From positions 1 through 63,968 of the forward strand of contig CAXNJS010000001.1 in the NCBI GenBank assembly GCA_964202795.1: DNA of 63,968 bases, read 5' to 3'. The position numbers were made by a program, and so were the translations under genes. Source of the stretch: Candidatus Planktophila sp. Its GTDB lineage: Bacteria > Actinomycetota > Actinomycetes > Nanopelagicales > Nanopelagicaceae. Each line of letters begins with the position of its first letter. Positions within the stretch are counted from its first letter, which is position 1. This document shows, one piece after another, positions 1-7,765 of this stretch. Below the pieces are notes generated by a model. It was not told the origin of the DNA. It was given only the letters and a program-made list of their open reading frames with translations, and did not search any database.

Positions 1-54
1 ATGAATACTTCTTCAGCCACACTTGAGATATATCGAAAGTTGGTTACTAAATGA
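1..54 (+). CDS. Probable 3' end of an upstream gene (partial; possibly a GT4 glycosyltransferase C-terminus)
   Basis: Open frame ...ATLEIYRKLVTK* ends in an ATGA overlap with the next start; 'tleiYrkl' resembles GT4/GlgA C-termini. Too short to be sure. Confidence 0.3.
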   Translation: MNTSSATLEIYRKLVTK

Positions 55-671
55 TCACCAAGAAAGAATTCTATAAGCGTTGGAGTGAACTTCACGGCAA
101 CGCCGAAATAGCGGGCATCGTTCATGCTTGGCTGGCAATCTCATATCGATTCGCATTGATTGCAACTTTGCTACGTATCTCACCTAATGTACTAACGCTG
201 CTCGGATTGATTTCAGCAATTGGTACCGCACTCATTCCCTTTTCATATTGGGCAATAGCCTTAGTTGTACTTTCACTACTCTTTGATGGAATTGATGGCA
301 GCGTGGCGATATTCCAACGTCGCGAGAGTGCATGGGGTGCAATCCTGGATTCAGTTGCCGATCGAATAAGTGAAGCAGCTTGGGCCTATGCGCTCTATCA
401 AGTCGGTATTCCATTGGAAATCGCAGTTGGCTTATGGCTGGCAGCCTCTGTTCAAGAATATGCCCGCGCTAGGTTGGCCGCCTTTGAAGTTAAAGATTTA
501 GGCATCGTTACTTTTGCAGAGCGCCCGATGCGGGCCAGCCTGCTATTTATAATTCTAATTGCGTGGCAGTTAGATATTCCTGGCCTGACAGCAATCGCTG
601 GCGCTTTCTTAGTTATGCAGATTATTGGCGCGCTACAAGTAATGCGCTTTGGGTATAAACAACTTCGCTAA
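51..671 (+). CDS. CDP-alcohol phosphatidyltransferase family protein
   Basis: SPNVLT plus DGIDGSVA...GAILDSVADR signature (DGxxAR-GxxxDxxxD-like); multiple TM helices. Confidence 0.9.
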   Translation: MITKKEFYKRWSELHGNAEIAGIVHAWLAISYRFALIATLLRISPNVLTLLGLISAIGTALIPFSYWAIALVVLSLLFDGIDGSVAIFQRRESAWGAILDSVADRISEAAWAYALYQVGIPLEIAVGLWLAASVQEYARARLAAFEVKDLGIVTFAERPMRASLLFIILIAWQLDIPGLTAIAGAFLVMQIIGALQVMRFGYKQLR

Positions 672-2173
672 CGCGCACGCCCAATTGCATTTGCCACAAT
701 TTCGGCACTGATTCCAACTAACGGTAATCCACCGCCTGGGTGAGTTGAACCACCCACGCAGAATAGATTTTTAATTGGCGAACGATTCTTGGTGCGCAAG
801 AACGCAGCGGACGCGCTGTTGCTTGATGTGCCATAGATCGAACCACCAGGTGCCATGACAGATTCTTGCAAATCTAGCGGAGTGCGAATCTCTAAGACAT
901 CTAGACGGTCGCGAATCTTGATGCCGCGCGCTTCGATTTGATCGATAATCGAATTTGCATATTTATGTTTGAAATTTTCATCGCGCCAATCAAAGCCATT
1001 CTGGCCACTCTCATCATGTCGTGGAGCATTAACCAGTACGAACCAACTTTCATGCCCAGCATCTTTGACCATTAGTGGATCAATAGGGGCGCAGATGTAA
1101 ATAGTGGGGCTTTCTACGGGCTTCTTCTGCGTGAAGATCGCTTCAAACTCGGCATCGTAATCTGCTGGGAAAAGAATTGTGTGGTGATTTAACTTTTCTG
1201 CAGATTCAGATGGCCGCAAACCTAGAAGTAGCGAGAAGCCAGCCAGCGACTTTTGTGTCTTAGCTAAGTTCTTACGCTCGCCCTTAGCTCTTTTTTCTTC
1301 TGGACTAATTAAGTGGTGATAAGTCAGGCTGGCATCGCTATTTGAAACAATGACATCAGCTGCAATTGCTGTGCCATCGCCTAAAACGATTCCAGTTGCG
1401 ACTCCGTTTTCAGTTTGAATTTTGGCAACTGGAGAATTTAAATGAATCTTTACGCCCAGATCAAGGCAACGCTTCTCGATAGCAACAGATAGCTGGCCAA
1501 TTCCGCCGGCTAAATGCCAAGCACCGAAAGCCTCTTCAACGAATGCAATGCTGAGCAATACTGCCGGCGCCTTGCGAGGATCAGAGCCGCTATAGGTGGC
1601 ATAACGATCGACTATGTAACGCAGCCGTTGGTCAGTTAATTTCTCGGCTGCTAAATCTCGTAGCGTCTTATGAGGCGCGATGACCAGTAAATCTCTTATT
1701 AGAGTCATTCGCTTAAAGAGCGCTGCTATCGAAGTAAGTTCAGATTCAATAAAAGGTTCGCGCGAAACATCCCACATCGCTTCGGCGCGCTTCATGATTT
1801 GATCCCATTGCGCAGCCGCTTCACTTCCAAATGATGTGGTGATCGCTTGTAAAGTTTGATAGCGCGAAAGGTTGGCAAACTTAACGTTAGAACCGTCTGC
1901 AAAGCGATAATCAAAAGCGGGATCAACTGGAATCTGAGTTAAGACTTCTTCCATGATCGAACCAGTCTTTAGAAAGAAATCCCGGTAAACAGCAGGCAGT
2001 GTTAGCAGTGATGGTCCGGTATCAAAGGCATAGCGACCAATCCATTCGGTGCGACATTTTCCACCCACAAAGTTCGCAGCCTCAAAAATTTCCACTTGAT
2101 GGCCGGCTTTAGCAATTCGGGCCGCGGCGCTCATGCCACCAATGCCGGCGCCAATGACAACTACTTTGCTCAT
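668..2173 (-). CDS. Phytoene desaturase family (CrtI/CrtD-like) carotenoid desaturase
   Basis: N-terminal GAGIGG FAD motif, FDTGPSLLT, C-terminal GGSTHPGGGLPLV. Start set at MSKVV (ATGA overlap with the upstream gene). Context with cruF/crtA favours a CrtD-like 3,4-desaturase. Confidence 0.88.
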   Translation of the reverse strand: MSKVVVIGAGIGGMSAAARIAKAGHQVEIFEAANFVGGKCRTEWIGRYAFDTGPSLLTLPAVYRDFFLKTGSIMEEVLTQIPVDPAFDYRFADGSNVKFANLSRYQTLQAITTSFGSEAAAQWDQIMKRAEAMWDVSREPFIESELTSIAALFKRMTLIRDLLVIAPHKTLRDLAAEKLTDQRLRYIVDRYATYSGSDPRKAPAVLLSIAFVEEAFGAWHLAGGIGQLSVAIEKRCLDLGVKIHLNSPVAKIQTENGVATGIVLGDGTAIAADVIVSNSDASLTYHHLISPEEKRAKGERKNLAKTQKSLAGFSLLLGLRPSESAEKLNHHTILFPADYDAEFEAIFTQKKPVESPTIYICAPIDPLMVKDAGHESWFVLVNAPRHDESGQNGFDWRDENFKHKYANSIIDQIEARGIKIRDRLDVLEIRTPLDLQESVMAPGGSIYGTSSNSASAAFLRTKNRSPIKNLFCVGGSTHPGGGLPLVGISAEIVANAIGRAR

Positions 2174-3243
2174 ATCGTGCGCCCCTTCCACTGCACTTTA
2201 CCGCGAGCGCTCCAAGAATAAGCAATTAAGTAAATCAAGATCAGGGTTGAGATCGGATGTAAGAATGAATCCAGAAATCGAGCACCAGAGACGCGCGCAG
2301 CAATAATGCGCGAAATGATTACAAACTCCAAGGCGTAGAAGCCGGCGGTAAAGCCAGCGATCACACCCAAAAGGGGGAGAATTCCAGTTATAAATAAGAA
2401 AGCAATCGCAATGAACGAACCAAGCCTAGATCCAAATGCCGCCCAGAGTGATTTACCGTAGCCAGCCTTAACTTCTGCCCATGAGTTATACATGTGGCAA
2501 ATAGCAATATGTGAACCGTCTGCAACGCAGCCTTTGAATCCATTTCGCAGCAAGGTGCGTGCAAGTTCCATATCATCTAAGACAGCTCTCTTTGACGCTG
2601 AATATCCAGAAACAGCCATAAGAGCACTTTCACGCACTGCAAAAAATTGTCCATTTGCTACCGCAAGAGAAGCTCGACCTGATTTTTCGGCAATCCGAAG
2701 TGGCACTGTCGATAACCAAGACCATTGAAGTAAAGGTTGCACCATTCGTTCGCCAAAAGATTTTGCGATCTGCTTTGGATATGGTGATACAAAATCGAGG
2801 TTTTTATCAATTAGCAAATTTATAGTTGCACAAATGGCTTTTGGTAATAAGCGCACATCAGCATCAATATTTACGATGTAGTCAGCTTTGGCTTTAGAGC
2901 GTAATTGCTCGAGCGCCCATGGCTTTCCGAGCCAACCTTCAGGTAACTGTTGGCCACTTGAGACGGAGAATCTTTTATCATCAGCAATTTCGCGCTTTAA
3001 CAACTCAAGTGTTTCATCCTCAGAGTTATCATCGAGAAAGTAAAACTTTAGATCTAAGATCCCAGTTTGAGCTTTAAGCGAATCAACTAGGTCCACGATA
3101 TTGGCAGCCTCATTGCGAACTGGTAGAAGCACAGCAACGGATGCGGATAAATCTCGACCATTGCGGGGGATACGAATTGATTGAGCATTAATAAAGGTAA
3201 GCAAAAACATTGCTAACGTTAAAAAGAGAGAAACATTTAACAT
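2170..3243 (-). CDS. Family 2 glycosyltransferase, carotenoid glycosyltransferase type (CruC/CrtQ-like)
   Basis: LPVRNE, DDNSED, LPEGWLGKPWA, DAD and ANGQ motifs; located in the carotenoid operon. Confidence 0.85.
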   Translation of the reverse strand: MLNVSLFLTLAMFLLTFINAQSIRIPRNGRDLSASVAVLLPVRNEAANIVDLVDSLKAQTGILDLKFYFLDDNSEDETLELLKREIADDKRFSVSSGQQLPEGWLGKPWALEQLRSKAKADYIVNIDADVRLLPKAICATINLLIDKNLDFVSPYPKQIAKSFGERMVQPLLQWSWLSTVPLRIAEKSGRASLAVANGQFFAVRESALMAVSGYSASKRAVLDDMELARTLLRNGFKGCVADGSHIAICHMYNSWAEVKAGYGKSLWAAFGSRLGSFIAIAFLFITGILPLLGVIAGFTAGFYALEFVIISRIIAARVSGARFLDSFLHPISTLILIYLIAYSWSARGKVQWKGRTI

Positions 3244-3252
3244 ATTAAGTAT

Positions 3253-4053
3253 TTATGGACGACCGAGCCAGCGGGCGAAAAAGTATGGCGCTAGCGCCAA
3301 GGTGTAGAAGAAGCCTCCAAATAGCGCAACACCAGGTCGGCCAAAGAAGAAGAGATTCGAAATAATTCCACCAAACAAACTCCAGGCCAAAAAGATATCT
3401 ACGGCGATAAGTGAGGAACCATATTTTCGTTGCTCTTTAGGTAATGAAACATTAAGAATTGCCATTAATGCGATTCCGGCTAGTAACCAGCCGAACATGT
3501 TTGATAGCGGAATATCTGGTTGAAACGGAACATGTGAGCCAGTAACTTCCCATTTCCAACGACCAGCACCAACCATCTGTGGATCAAGAAATAGATCCCA
3601 TGCCATAAGTGCAAAGCCACCGTAGAGAAATGTCCAAGTCTTTGACATGCGTCGAGCCACAATAAGTAACGGGTGAGCCATCATTGCCCACGCAAACGGA
3701 ACAACCAGCGGAATCCCAATTAACTGCGGGCCGAGGGATGGGTCATAAGAGTACGTTCCGAATGGCCAGCCAGTATTTTCACCAATAAGTTCAATTAAAA
3801 ATGCAAATGGCAAAGTGATTAGTAAATATCGGCCGGTGTATTTCCAGCCATAAGCAAGTCGGGCATGCACAAACATGGCAGCTGCACCGAAATAAACTGT
3901 GGCAATGGTTACGACTCGAAGTGCTTCACCAGATAACAGGGGATAGGTAATTTGCAAGAAAAGGGCGGCGACCATAGTGCCCACTTGGATGCCATTTGCA
4001 AACGCTGAAACGCCACGGCGCCGACGGCGAGGTGCGTAGTTGCGAATGGACAT
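3253..4053 (-). CDS. cruF: Carotenoid 1,2-hydratase CruF family membrane protein
   Basis: ELIGENTGWPFGTYSY, VPFAW, WDLFLDPQMV and PLSNMFGW motifs. Confidence 0.85.
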   Translation of the reverse strand: MSIRNYAPRRRRRGVSAFANGIQVGTMVAALFLQITYPLLSGEALRVVTIATVYFGAAAMFVHARLAYGWKYTGRYLLITLPFAFLIELIGENTGWPFGTYSYDPSLGPQLIGIPLVVPFAWAMMAHPLLIVARRMSKTWTFLYGGFALMAWDLFLDPQMVGAGRWKWEVTGSHVPFQPDIPLSNMFGWLLAGIALMAILNVSLPKEQRKYGSSLIAVDIFLAWSLFGGIISNLFFFGRPGVALFGGFFYTLALAPYFFARWLGRP

Positions 4054-4080
4054 GTGCTTAGTCTGCCCTATTTAGGCAAG

Positions 4081-4743
4081 TTAAATCGTGCCCCGTATCT
4101 CGCGCACGGCGAATCGGGCAAATAGCTCCTCGGCATACCAATCAAATTCAGCAGTTTGGGCAATTGCCTGTTGATGCGCAGCGCCCTTATAAGCAAATTC
4201 TTTGATTGCCTGCATCGACTCCCAGAGTGAGAAAGTGCCTTGTAATCCAATCGGTGCCTCACCGATACCGATAGTTGAAATCAAGCCAGGGCTAGAGTGC
4301 AAACTTGCAGTTACCGGTGGCACTGATTTAAAAAATCTCATTGTCTGGCTGGCTTTGATGCGAGCACGAGTAATGGCAACAACTTGACCATCAAAAGCAG
4401 CTGATGCACTTGGCTCAAATGGTTTGCGCTTTGACCACATTCCAGTTGCTGCAATTGGATCAAGTACTACTCGAAATTCAGAAACGCAACTTTTGCGCCA
4501 TGCTCGAATAGTCGATGAACTATCGAGCGCCGCTAATTGGTTTTCCGGAATTACTACCAGGCAACCCCAGCGAGATGGGTCAGCATCACTTGGTGTGAAA
4601 GTTTCACCTTTACCGCAACCTAACATTTTCGCAAATGTCACACCATTAGTTCGTCGTAGTAGTGTGCGATCAATTGCCATACGAAATAGCGCAAATGGAA
4701 TATTAACTCGCGTTATCTTCCAGAAATAAATAACGGTAATCAT
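4081..4743 (-). CDS. crtA: Spheroidene monooxygenase-like (CrtA) carotenoid hydroxylase/ketolase
   Basis: FAKMLGCGKGETF, GIGEAPIGLQGTFSLW and WYAEELFARF motifs typical of CrtA. Confidence 0.85.
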   Translation of the reverse strand: MITVIYFWKITRVNIPFALFRMAIDRTLLRRTNGVTFAKMLGCGKGETFTPSDADPSRWGCLVVIPENQLAALDSSSTIRAWRKSCVSEFRVVLDPIAATGMWSKRKPFEPSASAAFDGQVVAITRARIKASQTMRFFKSVPPVTASLHSSPGLISTIGIGEAPIGLQGTFSLWESMQAIKEFAYKGAAHQQAIAQTAEFDWYAEELFARFAVREIRGTI

Positions 4744-5528
4744 TTAGCTAACTTTGCAACTTCAGCAACTACACGTTCTGGGTAATCCCACATTGGCGCA
4801 TGTCCGCAACTTTCCCAATTAAGCCAAGTTGCATGTTTTGGGGCTAATGATTTTTCTTGACAAGAACTAGCCGGCAAAGTTTTATCGCTATCGCCAAAGA
4901 CAATAGTGATTGGCACAGTTGGTGAAACCTGCTCGTCGAAGCGCTTTTTTAACATTGCATCCCAAGCAGGAAAATAACCAGCTGCATTAGCTAGCGCTAA
5001 AGTGGCATCCAAACAAAGTTGGTATGAAAATTTACGCCATTGTGGACTTACGTCAGCAAAGCCAAGTTTGCGGCCCCACTCATATTTAAGTCCAAAGGGG
5101 GACACAACTTTCAAACTGCTTGCCAAGTTTCGCGCAATTGCCGTGCCTGGGTAGCGCACATTAAATGGTGCTAACCAAAGCCCGGCTGGCGCTAAGCCCA
5201 GGATGCTTTCAACGCGCTCAGGTTGAATTGCGGCAAGTTCTAGCGCAGTCCAACCACCTAATGAATTGCCCACTAAATGAGCTTTACTGATATTTAGTGA
5301 ATCCATAGTTTCTAAAACATATTCTGCAAAAGATTTAGGACTCATATCTAGGCCCGCTGGCAATTCGGTATCACCATGGCCAGGCAGATCAACAGTTATG
5401 ACTCGGTAACTCTTTGCTAGTTCGGGTACAACTAACTGCCAAGCAGTAGCTGCTGAACCCATACCGTGAATCAGGATTAGGGGCAGGCCAGAATTTGCAG
5501 CTCCGTATTCTTTAGATGCAAGAATCAA
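4740..5528 (-). CDS. Alpha/beta-fold hydrolase
   Basis: HGMG, DLPGHG, GNSLGG nucleophile elbow and CGHAP His motif; TTG start abuts the ybaK stop. Confidence 0.88.
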   Translation of the reverse strand: MILASKEYGAANSGLPLILIHGMGSAATAWQLVVPELAKSYRVITVDLPGHGDTELPAGLDMSPKSFAEYVLETMDSLNISKAHLVGNSLGGWTALELAAIQPERVESILGLAPAGLWLAPFNVRYPGTAIARNLASSLKVVSPFGLKYEWGRKLGFADVSPQWRKFSYQLCLDATLALANAAGYFPAWDAMLKKRFDEQVSPTVPITIVFGDSDKTLPASSCQEKSLAPKHATWLNWESCGHAPMWDYPERVVAEVAKLAK

Positions 5529-6014
5529 TTATTCGCCAACCACCATTGGTTTAGCTGAAGTAATTTTTAACAGTTCAGCAAAAGAAGTCGGATAAACTGC
5601 ATGCGGGTGACCGGCCGCTGCCCATACGACGTCATAATCATTGAGTGCCTCATCGATCAGAATTGTCGCAGGGGAGACCCAACCAACTGGCGCCACTCCA
5701 CCAATTGAAAAGCCAGACTGTTCCTTTACGTAGTCGGCATCAACTCGACCAAGTTTTTCAATTCCTAAATTATTTGCCACTAAATCGGTATCAACGCGAT
5801 GTCGGCCACTGGTAATAACTAAAAGTGGTGAGCCATCAGGTAGTTTGAAGATTAGCGATGATGCAATTTGGCCAACTTCAATACCCAGAGCGGCTGCTGC
5901 TTCGGCTGCAGTTCGGGCGCTATCGGATAGAACTTTAATTTGGCCAGCGCAGCCATGTTCGGCGAGAGCGGCAGCTACCCGCTTTACTGCCGCCTTCTCA
6001 AGTACGCCATCCAT
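5529..6014 (-). CDS. YbaK/EbsC family aminoacyl-tRNA deacylase
   Basis: RTAAEAAAALG, QIASSL, GFSIGGVAP and WAAAGHP motifs. Confidence 0.88.
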   Translation of the reverse strand: MDGVLEKAAVKRVAAALAEHGCAGQIKVLSDSARTAAEAAAALGIEVGQIASSLIFKLPDGSPLLVITSGRHRVDTDLVANNLGIEKLGRVDADYVKEQSGFSIGGVAPVGWVSPATILIDEALNDYDVVWAAAGHPHAVYPTSFAELLKITSAKPMVVGE

Positions 6015-6032
6015 GGCTATAAAATACCTGCT

Positions 6033-6779
6033 TTAGATGACCCACGCATTTAATAGCGTGATCGCTGAGATAGTGAAGAGTAATACTGCGAAGGCACGCT
6101 TAAGAATAGTTGGCGAAACTCCAGCACTCTTGCCTGATGCTAGTTGCGCCACAATCACAGCAGAAATAGCCATTGCTATTGGCGTTGCCCAATTTACTTC
6201 AGACCAAATTTTATAGTGACCCAAGAAAGCAGTAATCGAATTAAGCGTAATTATTAGTAGCGATGTGCCTGCTGCTTTATTCTGCGGAACTTGAAAGAAG
6301 AGAACGAGCACAGGGATCGCTAGGAATCCGCCACCGATTCCAAATAATCCGGTCATTGAACCGATAACCAGAGAGACCAATACCAAGGCCCAGGCTGGCA
6401 TCTTTCGCTCAGGGCCAGAGTTAAATGGTTTGATCAGCATCGATGAGCCAGCTACTAACAGAACTAGCGAGAAACCGGTCAAGATAAAACGTTCGCTAAG
6501 CTGATTAGCAATAAGTGATGTTGAGATGTTGGTAGTCAAACCGAGTGCACAAATAATTATTGCTTCTTTGACCAGCACATCTTTGCTTTTAAATTTTGGA
6601 ATTAAACCTGATGCCGCAGCAAGTAATACAACAGCCAGCGCTGCAGTTGTTGCATGGCTAGCTGAGAAATCAAATCCGTAAATCAAAATCGGTACTGAAA
6701 GCATGGCACCGCCAGCTCCGATAAAACCTAGAACTGAACCAATTAAGGCGCCAGCAAGTAGCCCTTCGATGATTAACAC
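6033..6779 (-). CDS. TSUP family (TauE/SafE) sulfite exporter-type membrane transporter
   Basis: Duplicated GxxGxGGxxxxVP motif (GFIGAGGAMLSVP, GLFGIGGGFLAIP) and AAGTSL. Confidence 0.88.
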   Translation of the reverse strand: MLIIEGLLAGALIGSVLGFIGAGGAMLSVPILIYGFDFSASHATTAALAVVLLAAASGLIPKFKSKDVLVKEAIIICALGLTTNISTSLIANQLSERFILTGFSLVLLVAGSSMLIKPFNSGPERKMPAWALVLVSLVIGSMTGLFGIGGGFLAIPVLVLFFQVPQNKAAGTSLLIITLNSITAFLGHYKIWSEVNWATPIAMAISAVIVAQLASGKSAGVSPTILKRAFAVLLFTISAITLLNAWVI

Positions 6780-6792
6780 TGGTAGATAATGA

Positions 6793-6826
6793 CAGAACGC
6801 CCCCGGAAATATCCGAGGGCGTTCTG
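6793..6826 (-). terminator. Hairpin, probable terminator of doxX
   Basis: CAGAACGCCC...GGGCGTTCTG inverted repeat just downstream of the doxX stop; weak U-tail. Confidence 0.6.
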
Positions 6827-6854
6827 ATTACTTCTGGATTTATTTAATGAGGAA

Positions 6855-7274
6855 TTATCTAGTGAAGTTAAAGAATTCTTCTGTGAGACTAGGACCAAAA
6901 TCGGTACCTGTCGCTACAAGAGCGAAGATGATTAGGGCTGCACCAGCCATTGATAGATTCTTGAAGAAGGCGATGGTCTCGTTCTGCTTTGCAGTCGCAT
7001 CAGTTTCTTTCCAGAACGCATGCATTAGGAATGAGGTTGGAATTAGGAATAGCGCGATTAGAAGTGCGCCTAAGTCAGCATAAATTCCAAGTGCTACGTA
7101 TAGGCCGCCAATAAGAATCATTAGACCAGAAACGATTACGCCTAGCTTGGCTGCTGGAATTTTCTTGTACTTTGCATAGCCAGTCATTTCCTCAAGCTTG
7201 GTGAGGTGTGCGATACCTGAGTTGATGAAGAGCAGCGCGAAAAGTACGCGGCCGATTACTAGTACTACGTCCAT
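6855..7274 (-). CDS. DoxX family membrane protein
   Basis: IGRVLFALLFINSG, MHAFWK and FFKNLSMAGAAL motifs; AAGGAG SD. Confidence 0.88.
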   Translation of the reverse strand: MDVVLVIGRVLFALLFINSGIAHLTKLEEMTGYAKYKKIPAAKLGVIVSGLMILIGGLYVALGIYADLGALLIALFLIPTSFLMHAFWKETDATAKQNETIAFFKNLSMAGAALIIFALVATGTDFGPSLTEEFFNFTR

Positions 7275-7333
7275 GGGACTCCTTTTATGTGGGGCTTGAA
7301 TGTGTTACTTACCTAGTTATAGTAGAGCAAAAG

Positions 7334-7351
7334 TAGTTGAAAGTTAAACTA
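7334..7351. promoter_or_regulatory. 18-bp inverted repeat TAGTTGAAAGTTAAACTA upstream of doxX, RosR/MarR-type operator-like
   Basis: Near-palindrome (TAGTTgAA/TTaAACTA) resembling the 18-bp site of the Corynebacterium MarR regulator RosR. Confidence 0.5.
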
Positions 7352-7390
7352 TTTCGGGGTGTGTTGCCCCTGTAAGTAGCCACTTGCGTC

Positions 7391-7412
7391 TGTCAGTTGG
7401 GGGCGGTACTTT
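7391..7412 (+). promoter_or_regulatory. RecA-NDp/PafBC-type DNA-damage promoter motif
   Basis: TGTCAG-N10(TTGGGGGCGG)-TA-CTT-T matches TGTCRG-N10-TA-N3-T. Confidence 0.75.
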
Positions 7413-7428
7413 TCGAACATATGTTCGA
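7413..7428. promoter_or_regulatory. LexA SOS box (actinobacterial)
   Basis: Perfect palindrome TCGAACATATGTTCGA (TCGAAC-N4-GTTCGA) immediately after the -10 element. Confidence 0.93.
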
Positions 7429-7460
7429 ATATCCACAGGAAAACCAGGAGCACTAGCAAA

Positions 7461-7751
7461 ATGTCAGCCAACACCGCACCCATCGTCGTCGCCGGCCCAG
7501 AAGTTATGACCGATGGCGCAGCAACGCCAATTGAATTTACCTATCGCGGTCGACGCTTTCGAATTCACGCAGTGCTTACTAGATGGTGCGAAGCAGGCGG
7601 TTGGTGGAACCGAATTAGTGATGGCATCTATCGCCCCGATGACCAAGCTCGCGCACTTTGGCGCGTTGAAGCAGCACCGATTGGGGCGCTAACTACCTTC
7701 GAACTCGAACGCGATGAGATCTCGGGGCAATGGATTATTCGTAGCGTTTAG
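7461..7751 (+). CDS. Small DUF6504-like protein resembling a stand-alone ImuB C-terminal domain
   Basis: AGGAG SD; pattern PxxFxYRGR...RW...WW...WRVE...FELxR...W resembles the ImuB-C tail; first gene of the SOS operon. Confidence 0.75.
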   Translation: MSANTAPIVVAGPEVMTDGAATPIEFTYRGRRFRIHAVLTRWCEAGGWWNRISDGIYRPDDQARALWRVEAAPIGALTTFELERDEISGQWIIRSV

Positions 7752-7765
7752 CTGCGCTTACCTTT

